A DNA stretch of 64,000 bases, taken from a virus (Duplodnaviria; Caudoviricetes). Below are positions 1 through 6,410 of this stretch, in pieces. The translations under genes and the position numbers were made by a program. Within the stretch, counting starts at the first letter, position 1, and every line of letters starts with the position of its first letter. A model generated the notes under the pieces. The model was not told the origin of the DNA, did no database searches, and saw nothing but the letters and a program-made list of their open reading frames with translations. The stretch is taken from the IMG/VR virus record IMGVR_UViG_3300034198_027116, positions 1,766-65,765 of that record; one strand, written 5' to 3'.

Positions 1-1
1 C

Positions 2-304
2 AGCGCCCTCGGCGTTACCTTCCGCGTCGATGTCCCTCGCCGCGATACCGAGCGCCGTTACCACGACGTCGGAACCCTCTATACGGATACCTACGAGGTT
101 CTTCTTCTCGCCGGGGATACCGAGTACGGGGATTCCTCGGGCGTCGTTCTCGTCGCTCGTAACCCCGAGGGGGGATTCCTCGACGACGAGAAGCTCGCGC
201 CGCTTTTCTGGTTCGGTTATACCGCCTACGGAACCCTCGCCGAGTACGACGAGAACGGTTACGTCAGGAACGGCTGGCGCGCCGGCTTCCTCGCCGGCGA
301 ATAA
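2..304 (+). CDS. 5'-truncated hypothetical protein (SALGVTFRVDVPRRD...GWRAGFLAGE*), not in the ORF track
   Basis: Open frame 2 from the window edge to TAA at 302-304, followed by a hairpin; more gene-like than the listed 30..479 ORF. Confidence 0.7.
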   Translation, partial: SALGVTFRVDVPRRDTERRYHDVGTLYTDTYEVLLLAGDTEYGDSSGVVLVARNPEGGFLDDEKLAPLFWFGYTAYGTLAEYDENGYVRNGWRAGFLAGE

Positions 305-310
305 GCGACG

Positions 311-340
311 AGCCGGCTATCCGATCGGAGATAGCCGGCT
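311..340 (+). terminator. GC hairpin after first gene
   Basis: AGCCGGCTATC (311-321) / GATAGCCGGCT (330-340); no U-tract. Confidence 0.5.
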
Positions 341-459
341 ATCGCGCAATCGAAAACGTCGCGCTTGCCGCGGCGCGATTACGGTTACGCGTCGAAGTAC
401 ATCCAAGTTCTACAACCAAATCGGGAAAGCGATTTCCCGGCAACCCGGAAGGAACAACC

Positions 460-837
460 ATGAGCGACAACCAAGATAACGCCAACCGCCTCGCTGGCAT
501 CTACCTCGCGAGTCTCCGTAGGAGGATTGCGAGTACGAAGAAAATCACGATCGAGTATGTCCGGGAGGATACACTCGAGATCCTGGATACGGCAACGATC
601 CCGGTGGATACCCGGATCACGCTGGCGCTAACGATCCTGCGCCGGCTCGACATCCCCTGTCCCGTCAAGGCCGAGATCCTCAGCGCCGACGAGGTTGGCC
701 ATGACGAGCACCCCGAATGGCTTGTCATGACCTACGCCAACCAGAACGGCTCCAGCTCCAAGATCCGCAGCGCCAGCAGCGCCGACGTCAAGCGCGGCCG
801 GCTGGTGCCCGAGATCCCACTCCGAAACCGAATGTAG
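460..837 (+). CDS. hypothetical protein
   Basis: ORF with GGAAGGA RBS. Confidence 0.75.
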   Translation: MSDNQDNANRLAGIYLASLRRRIASTKKITIEYVREDTLEILDTATIPVDTRITLALTILRRLDIPCPVKAEILSADEVGHDEHPEWLVMTYANQNGSSSKIRSASSADVKRGRLVPEIPLRNRM

Positions 838-851
838 AAAGGACTACAACG

Positions 852-1313
852 ATGAACGACAATCACGAGAACGACCTGCCGCAGTACTGCCATCGCATCG
901 ACGCCAACCCGCCGATGTACTGGCAGGCTTACCCAGGCGAGGGCTGGTATCTCCTCGTCGTCAACGAGGGGAACGCCTGGGACGACGCGCTGGAGGAAGC
1001 GATTGAGCCGGGCCACAGCGAGTACCCGTACTCGTCCGGCGCGTTGCCCTGGACGGCTTATACCGTCGCCCTCAACCCGCCCGGCAGGATGACGCATCGG
1101 CCATCGGCAAGCGACGTAGCCGCCATCCCGGAACTCGTCAAGTGCCTCTGCGCCAACGTCGCGTCGTTGCCGCCTGAGGTGGTTGGGACTCTGCTCAAGC
1201 ACGTCTACGACAACGCTCAGGAGTTGTGTAACGAAGCGATTGCCCTCGACGTCGAGTGGCACTACGCGACTGCTGCGGAGGCGTTTGCCTCTTCGGTGAC
1301 AACCAGCGTCTAG
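852..1313 (+). CDS. hypothetical protein (start moved to ATG 852)
   Basis: AAAGGA RBS before ATG 852; coding-like codon usage. Confidence 0.75.
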   Translation: MNDNHENDLPQYCHRIDANPPMYWQAYPGEGWYLLVVNEGNAWDDALEEAIEPGHSEYPYSSGALPWTAYTVALNPPGRMTHRPSASDVAAIPELVKCLCANVASLPPEVVGTLLKHVYDNAQELCNEAIALDVEWHYATAAEAFASSVTTSV

Positions 1314-1319
1314 CGCAAC

Positions 1320-1347
1320 GGGGCGAGCGGTTGCTGCCGCTCGCCCC
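1320..1347 (+). terminator. GC hairpin
   Basis: GGGGCGAGCGG / CCGCTCGCCCC immediately after the stop codon. Confidence 0.5.
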
Positions 1348-1392
1348 AAGCGTCGAAGCGGTTGCTGTTACGAAACTGTTACAGCAATCGCC

Positions 1393-1421
1393 TTGACTTT
1401 GGTTCGGCAATATGGTACAAT
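1393..1421 (+). promoter_or_regulatory. early promoter P1
   Basis: TTGACT-17 bp (ending CAATATGG)-TACAAT. Confidence 0.85.
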
Positions 1422-1472
1422 AGGTTGTAAGTGTTCGAGATGTCACCGACAACCGCAACCAAGGGAGGGATT

Positions 1473-1571
1473 GTGAGTGAGTTGATTGAGGAGTTCGTGT
1501 TCTGGACAATCGTCGTAGCGGGTGGCCTGTTCTCCGCTGCGACGTCCGCCTGGCTGCTGCTGGCAGCCTGA
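1473..1571 (+). CDS. 32-aa small membrane protein
   Basis: GGGAGGG RBS, GTG start, hydrophobic FVFWTIVVAGGLFSAATSAWLLLAA. Confidence 0.55.
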   Translation: MSELIEEFVFWTIVVAGGLFSAATSAWLLLAA

Positions 1572-1597
1572 CCCAACCAAGACTGGAAGGAACAATC

Positions 1598-1798
1598 ATG
1601 AGCAACACCATCGTCAAGCCGCGCATCTACACCACGATCAGCGCGAGCCACCGCAACGTCGAGACCGACTGGGCCGAGCGGCGTGTCGCGTTCTACCGCA
1701 AGCGCGCCGAGCGCAAGTGGGAGTACGGATTCCTCGTCGGGCTGGCCATGGCGACCGCAATCACCGTCGCCTGGTTCTACCCGATGGTCAACCCGTAG
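1598..1798 (+). CDS. small protein with C-terminal TM helix
   Basis: GGAAGGA RBS; YGFLVGLAMATAITVAWFY. Confidence 0.7.
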   Translation: MSNTIVKPRIYTTISASHRNVETDWAERRVAFYRKRAERKWEYGFLVGLAMATAITVAWFYPMVNP

Positions 1799-1872
1799 GA
1801 GGGCACTGCGCGGGGGCTTACTGCCCCCGCGCAACCCTTCGTAACGGTTAGGTAACGATGATGCACAGTACC

Positions 1873-1901
1873 TTTCATTTGGTTACACAGTATGGTAATC
1901 T
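1873..1901 (+). promoter_or_regulatory. early promoter P2
   Basis: TTTCAT-17 bp (ending CAGTATGG)-TAATCT. Confidence 0.75.
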
Positions 1902-1907
1902 TGAAGA

Positions 1908-2010
1908 GTGAGAAGTTTCCGTTATCGCTTTCGCAACCCGGCAGCGACAAGGGCAACTGATTGCCTCAGCTCGATTGACCCGTCGAGCGCCAATCTCTTA
2001 CAGGGTCAAC
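1908..2010 (+). ncRNA. candidate structured 5' leader with pseudoknot next to the RBS
   Basis: Hairpin GCTCGA/TCGAGC (1969-1988); its loop TTGACCC is complementary to GGGTCAA (2003-2009); additional small stems. Confidence 0.45.
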
Positions 2011-2026
2011 AGGAAGGATGGTTGTC

Positions 2027-2527
2027 ATGACCACCAGCAACGAGATCGTCCCCAGCAGCCTCACCGACATCGAGGGACTGGACACCAACGACCCGGCGGT
2101 TGCCGCGCTGCTCCAGCGCTACGCCGACCTGGAGGCCAAAGCGCAGCGCTCCCCGCGCCAGCGCAAGTCCTTCGGCGAGATGTGGAACAAGCGCATCGCC
2201 ACTCCCGTCGAGAAGATGCCGGCCGGCTACAAGATCATCGTCGAGTGGCTCATCGACGAGGGCCACATCGAGCAGGAGCAGGCCGGGCTGGTGTACGCCG
2301 CCTGCTGGTCGTACCAGTGCGCCGAGGGCAAGGAGGTCCGCCACGCCGGGGGCGCCAGCCGCGAGGCGCTGAAGGAGGCGCGGGAGGCGCTGGAGAAGGC
2401 CGCGCACTCGCGCATGACCAGCCAGCCCGAGGCCAACGCCGACGACGACACCGACGACGACGACATTGAGGACGAGGACATCGACCTCGACGACATCGAC
2501 GACGAGGACATCGACGACGAGGAGTAG
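2027..2527 (+). CDS. acidic-tailed early protein, paralog A
   Basis: AGGAAGG RBS; LDTNDPAVAALLQRYADLE N-terminal motif; D/E-rich C-terminal tail. Confidence 0.85.
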   Translation: MTTSNEIVPSSLTDIEGLDTNDPAVAALLQRYADLEAKAQRSPRQRKSFGEMWNKRIATPVEKMPAGYKIIVEWLIDEGHIEQEQAGLVYAACWSYQCAEGKEVRHAGGASREALKEAREALEKAAHSRMTSQPEANADDDTDDDDIEDEDIDLDDIDDEDIDDEE

Positions 2528-2534
2528 CGCAACC

Positions 2535-2561
2535 GGGGCGGCCGGCAACGCCGGCCGCCCC
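2535..2561 (+). terminator. GC hairpin abutting hammerhead 1
   Basis: GGGGCGGCCGGC-AAC-GCCGGCCGCCCC. Confidence 0.6.
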
Positions 2562-2619
2562 TGCGTCGCCCCGGGGTGGTGCCCGGCGGCCTGATGAGGC
2601 AGCCCTTGCCGAAACGCAG
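2561..2619 (+). ncRNA. type III hammerhead ribozyme (HHR1), predicted cleavage after C2567 (GUC)
   Basis: Stem III CUGCGU/ACGCAG; stem I GCC-CCGGG/CCCGG-c-GGC; core CUGAUGA (2591-2597); stem II GGCA/UGCC; GAAA (2611-2614). Confidence 0.9.
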
Positions 2620-2698
2620 CAACTACCAACCTCCTATGGCCTAGCCGATTGCCGTTTCTGACGGCAATCGGCTAGCGGCCAAGGAGAAGGGAGATGGA

Positions 2699-2929
2699 AT
2701 GGACCCGCAACTGCGAGCGTATTGGGAGATCGCCATTCTCAAGCGCACCTGCGCCGAGCACGCGCAACGCAGGATTCAGCTGGAGCAGAATCGCCTGACG
2801 ATCCGCTCCGCAACCGATCAGATCGGCTGCCGCATCTGGCACGTTCGCGCGCTCCAAGCGACGCGGCGTGCCATTCGTGATTGCGAGCGCGACATCAAGG
2901 AGTGCCTCGGATGCGCGTGCGGCGACTGA
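2699..2929 (+). CDS. hypothetical protein
   Basis: AAGGAGAAGGGAG RBS. Confidence 0.6.
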   Translation: MDPQLRAYWEIAILKRTCAEHAQRRIQLEQNRLTIRSATDQIGCRIWHVRALQATRRAIRDCERDIKECLGCACGD

Positions 2930-3111
2930 TCGAACTCGGACAACTCACGCGCGCAACGGAGCCGGCGCTGGTCGAGCTGTGGCAGCGTCAGCTGGAGTTG
3001 CCCTACCTCGGCGATGCCACGATCGGGATGCTGAAGCTCAGCAACGGCGCGTTGGCAACCAACGTCGAGGCAATCAACGCTCTGGTAAGAGGAGGTCGCA
3101 TCGATGCCTGA
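2911..3111 (+). CDS. hypothetical protein
   Basis: AAGGAG RBS before ATG 2911; fills the operon. Confidence 0.55.
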   Translation: MRVRRLIELGQLTRATEPALVELWQRQLELPYLGDATIGMLKLSNGALATNVEAINALVRGGRIDA

Positions 3112-3703
3112 CATCGAGCGCTGCAACTGCGGCGACGACTGGCGCCGCTGCGACTGCAGCTGCGCGCCAACCGAGAACCCGCAGTTCATCGGCGAGTACG
3201 CGGCCGGTCAGCTGGCCGAGGGCGACGTTGCCGCTCCGTGGATGTACCCGGAGACCGACATCCAGTGCTACCGCAGCGTGCCCTGGTTGTACGCGGACGG
3301 CAAGTTGGAGGACGTACTGCGGCACGACCTGCTGTACGTCCTCAACGACCACCGCGCAACCAGCCTCATCTGGCGTCGCAGGGAAACCTTCGACGGCGAT
3401 GTCTACTGGTTCGCAGCCATGCTGCCCGGCATCCACCACGTGACTGTCGAGCGCATCCCCTGCGTGGCCTACGTGTGGCACCGCATGGTTGACGTAGGCT
3501 TCAGCGGTGAGATCCGCAACCTGCACGAGACAAGCGGCCACGTGATGATGCTGGACGACAGCGAAGCCATCGCCAACGCGGCTGAGATCCAGGCGCAGCA
3601 CAACGCAAGAGCGCTGCCGTTGCTCAACGCAGCGACTGGCGAGGAGCGGCGTGCGCTGGACCGCGCAGCCTACCTCGCCGACATCCTCTCCGACACCAAC
3701 TAG
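3104..3703 (+). CDS. hypothetical protein with N-terminal Cys cluster
   Basis: GGAGG RBS; CNC...CDCSC. Confidence 0.8.
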   Translation: MPDIERCNCGDDWRRCDCSCAPTENPQFIGEYAAGQLAEGDVAAPWMYPETDIQCYRSVPWLYADGKLEDVLRHDLLYVLNDHRATSLIWRRRETFDGDVYWFAAMLPGIHHVTVERIPCVAYVWHRMVDVGFSGEIRNLHETSGHVMMLDDSEAIANAAEIQAQHNARALPLLNAATGEERRALDRAAYLADILSDTN

Positions 3704-3718
3704 AACAGGAGCAAGACT

Positions 3719-4009
3719 ATGCCCAAGAAGCCCCCGAAGCGCACTCGCGAGCGCGACACCCTCAACAAGGCAGCCAAGATGGAGCGCAACCGTTTCATCC
3801 GGGTGGTGCGCGGCGCACGCAAGGTCGGCAACCCCGATCCCGGCTACGGCGCGTGGCGCAACGAGTGGCTCGATGCCACCGAGCACAGCGGCAAGCGGGT
3901 CAACCGCGACGGCCGCATCCTGACCGACCACTCCCAGGTCGTCAGCCAGACGGAGCGGCTGCGCGCCGAGTTCCAGCGCTTCGCCGCACCGCACTTCGGC
4001 CTGCGCTAG
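3719..4009 (+). CDS. basic hypothetical protein
   Basis: AGGAG RBS. Confidence 0.75.
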   Translation: MPKKPPKRTRERDTLNKAAKMERNRFIRVVRGARKVGNPDPGYGAWRNEWLDATEHSGKRVNRDGRILTDHSQVVSQTERLRAEFQRFAAPHFGLR

Positions 4010-4030
4010 CTGCTCAAGCGCGACCCACCA

Positions 4031-4064
4031 GCCCCGGTAGACGGCAACGTCTACCGGGGCTTTC
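4031..4064 (+). terminator. intrinsic terminator-like hairpin
   Basis: GCCCCGGTAGACG-GCAA-CGTCTACCGGGGC followed by TTTCGTGCTTT. Confidence 0.7.
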
Positions 4065-4236
4065 GTGCTTTCTGGGTGCGCGCCGAGGGCTGCTGAGCCT
4101 GGTTGCCGCCCTCGCGCAATCGAAAACGCGCAGATTGCGGACAACGACGCATCCCGCTTTGCGAAAGTGAAAGCCGGTTGTCTTGGTGCGCGCAGTTGTT
4201 GCGTGCTTAGCCAGACGAAAGCAAGTCGTACAGGGA

Positions 4237-4265
4237 TTTCCTTTCTATCGACAGTATGGTATAAT
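4237..4265 (+). promoter_or_regulatory. early promoter P3
   Basis: TTTCCT-17 bp (ending CAGTATGG)-TATAAT. Confidence 0.85.
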
Positions 4266-4347
4266 CTAATCAGACAGAAGAAACGTCTCGCAGATGTACA
4301 ATCCCCGATGCATCCGCTATCACCAATCAGGGGAAGGGAGAACCATC

Positions 4348-4950
4348 ATGTCCAATGTCGACGAGATGCCGGATCTGGATACCAGCGATCCGGCGATCGC
4401 AGAACTGGTTGACCGGCTGGAAGACCTCGAACAGCAGGTGGAGGCCAAGGAGCAGGCCAAACTGGCAAAGGCGAACCGCAAGCGCCCGGGTCAGTCCGTG
4501 CCGCGCATGACGCTCGAGGAGCAGTTCGTCTACGACCTGGCCCTCACCGAGGTGGACGTGCCGGGTGGCCGTCGCCGCGATGCCATCGCGGACGGATACG
4601 CCAAGATCTACGACCTGCTCATGTCGCGCGTGGGCACCGAACTGGAGGAGTACGTCGAGGCCAACGGCTTCACGCTCCAGCTGCTCATGGCAACCATGAA
4701 GGTGTACTACTCCAAGGAGGGTCGCATCGTGCGCGGTGAGCAGCCGCGCGCCAAGGGTGACCAGACCCCGCAGCCGGCCGCTCCGATCGCCACTCCTGGT
4801 CCTACCACGGACGGCAACACGGAGGACGAGCAGCCGACTCAGGAGGCAGACGTTCTCGGCATCGACGCTGACGACATCGGCATCGACCTGAGCGACCTGG
4901 TCGGCGACGACGTGCTCGCCGGCTTCGTGTTCGGCGACGACGATGACTGA
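4348..4950 (+). CDS. acidic-tailed early protein, paralog B
   Basis: GGGAG RBS before ATG 4348; LDTSDPAIAELVDRLEDLE motif; acidic tail ending FGDDDD. Confidence 0.85.
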   Translation: MSNVDEMPDLDTSDPAIAELVDRLEDLEQQVEAKEQAKLAKANRKRPGQSVPRMTLEEQFVYDLALTEVDVPGGRRRDAIADGYAKIYDLLMSRVGTELEEYVEANGFTLQLLMATMKVYYSKEGRIVRGEQPRAKGDQTPQPAAPIATPGPTTDGNTEDEQPTQEADVLGIDADDIGIDLSDLVGDDVLAGFVFGDDDD

Positions 4951-4955
4951 TCGCT

Positions 4956-4986
4956 CGCAGCCGCCCGGCGTTGCCGGGCGGCTGTG
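4956..4986 (+). terminator. GC hairpin abutting hammerhead 2
   Basis: CGCAGCCGCCCGGC-GTT-GCCGGGCGGCTGTG. Confidence 0.6.
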
Positions 4987-5047
4987 GCTTCGCTGGAAAC
5001 TAATCCAGCCTGAACGAGCGCTGGGTAGTTACCAGCCGAAAAGCCAC
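4984..5047 (+). ncRNA. variant type III hammerhead ribozyme (HHR2), predicted cleavage after C4991 (UUC)
   Basis: Stem III GUGGCUU/AAGCCAC; stem I GCUGGA/UCCAGC; core CUGAACGA (one extra nt); stem II G(c)GCUGG/CCAGCC; GAA; loop I AACUA complementary to loop II UAGUU. Confidence 0.75.
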
Positions 5048-5156
5048 GCGTGGACGATCTGGTCGGTACGGGCACTGCCACCCCATTCCTTGGTGAACCC
5101 GTGCGCGTGTCATCGACTGCTATCCAGCGCTCGTTCATCAACCAACAGGAGGGGTT

Positions 5157-5237
5157 ATGCGAATCCAGATGCTGATGATCGGAATCGTGGTGCTAGCGTT
5201 GCTGATCGGCGCCGCAGCCAGCGGCGATAGCAAGTGA
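5157..5237 (+). CDS. 26-aa hydrophobic peptide
   Basis: AGGAGG RBS; MRIQMLMIGIVVLALLIGAAASGDSK; GTGA overlap with next gene. Confidence 0.55.
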   Translation: MRIQMLMIGIVVLALLIGAAASGDSK

Positions 5238-5488
5238 CGAGTGCGGAGATCGTTGCGGAGGAGGCGCCAACCGCTACGATAGAGCCAGTGGTAAAGGAAC
5301 TGGACTCGCGCATCGTCGATACCGACAAGGGTCGCTACAGCGTCAGGTTGCTGTGGCGCAGCACCGACAACACCCTAGTCGTCACGGCGTCAGTTATCGG
5401 TGGCGAGGAAGTCGCCACCCGCAAGGTACCCCGGCACATGGCCAGCGAGGCCATGCGACATCCGGTCGTGTACCTGAACCTCATCTGA
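5234..5488 (+). CDS. hypothetical protein
   Basis: ORF coupled to upstream peptide. Confidence 0.7.
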   Translation: MTSAEIVAEEAPTATIEPVVKELDSRIVDTDKGRYSVRLLWRSTDNTLVVTASVIGGEEVATRKVPRHMASEAMRHPVVYLNLI

Positions 5489-5509
5489 TTCGCTCAAAGG
5501 AGAGAAGCG

Positions 5510-5869
5510 ATGTCCGAGCAACTGCCCTATCGGGTAACCCTGCGCTTTGAGATCCCTGTCGACGTGACGGCAAGCACCGAGGCGTCTGCGGTTGACCGCG
5601 CAATGGCCGAGTGCTACAGGCAGCACCCCTCGCTGGAGTCTCGCGACTTCGAGCACGAGGTCGAGAGCAGCCTGTGCGCAGACTGCGGCAAGCAGTTTCC
5701 CTTCCAGCGCTTTGAGGCTGGCTACGAGAACTGTCTGGCCTGCAGCCAGGCCAACCCGATCGTTGACACGTACGTGCTCAGCGCCAGCGGGTTCAAGAAC
5801 AACGGCGCCGAGCTGGTGCGCGTCGAGCAGCACTTCAAGAACCAGCAGGACAATCACGTCCGCGGATAG
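5510..5869 (+). CDS. zinc-finger protein (CADC...CLAC, DksA/TraR-like spacing)
   Basis: AAGGAG RBS; C4 motif. Confidence 0.7.
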   Translation: MSEQLPYRVTLRFEIPVDVTASTEASAVDRAMAECYRQHPSLESRDFEHEVESSLCADCGKQFPFQRFEAGYENCLACSQANPIVDTYVLSASGFKNNGAELVRVEQHFKNQQDNHVRG

Positions 5870-5893
5870 CCAGATCGAAACTCCACACAATCA

Positions 5894-5922
5894 TTTAGTT
5901 TCTAGCCGCAATATGGTATACT
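5894..5922 (+). promoter_or_regulatory. early promoter P4
   Basis: TTTAGT-17 bp (ending CAATATGG)-TATACT. Confidence 0.8.
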
Positions 5923-5934
5923 ACCTCTAGGCAA

Positions 5935-5973
5935 GAAATCTAGGAAATCTAGGAAATCTAGGAAATGTAGGAA
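5935..5973 (+). repeat. 9-bp tandem repeat (TAGGAAATC, about 4 copies) in a 5' UTR
   Basis: gaaatc-taggaaatc-taggaaatc-taggaaatg-taggaa. Confidence 0.9.
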
Positions 5974-5984
5974 GGGGAACTGCG

Positions 5985-6410
5985 ATGTACGAAACGCATT
6001 GCGAACTACGGCTTCAGGAGTTGCGGCGCAGGCTCGCCGCGATGCTAGAGGATGACAGGCGCTGCGGCGTCGATGGCCTAGCCACGCATACCAGCCACGT
6101 GCTGGAGCGCGGCCATGCGCTGTTCAGCATCTTCAGCGACTACCACGCACTCTTCTCGGTCATCGAGGAGATGGTCGCTGGCATGGAGGCTAATGAGGCG
6201 CGCGACCTGTACTCGGTGCGCTTCGACTGTCAGACCGAGGGGCACTTCACCGGCTCCTACAGCCAGTGCGAGGACTGGATCGAGCAGGACCAGGATGCCG
6301 TCGCCTCTGACATCCGCTACGTCATCGACGACGCCACGCAGGACGAGGTTGCCGAGTGGCGCAAGCAGCGCACCGACCTGGCGATGGCTCGGCTGGAGGC
6401 GACATCGTGA
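5985..6410 (+). CDS. hypothetical protein
   Basis: First gene after P4; GGAAGGGG RBS. Confidence 0.75.
   Translation: MYETHCELRLQELRRRLAAMLEDDRRCGVDGLATHTSHVLERGHALFSIFSDYHALFSVIEEMVAGMEANEARDLYSVRFDCQTEGHFTGSYSQCEDWIEQDQDAVASDIRYVIDDATQDEVAEWRKQRTDLAMARLEATS

Noticed and set aside
30-479. 149-aa ORF from the track
   Set aside because: Ser/Arg/Pro-rich shadow frame running through hairpins; frame 2 (2-304) is the plausible gene.
1969-2010. Pistol ribozyme or SAM-II/V riboswitch
   Set aside because: Only the hairpin-pseudoknot topology is similar; the conserved nucleotides and remaining stems were not found.
2441-2524. GAC/GAG-rich repeat
   Set aside because: Simply encodes the Asp/Glu tail of paralog A.
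5011-5137. Retron msr-msd or 6S RNA
   Set aside because: No reverse transcriptase in the window; the 5' arm is a hammerhead core, which explains the sequence better.
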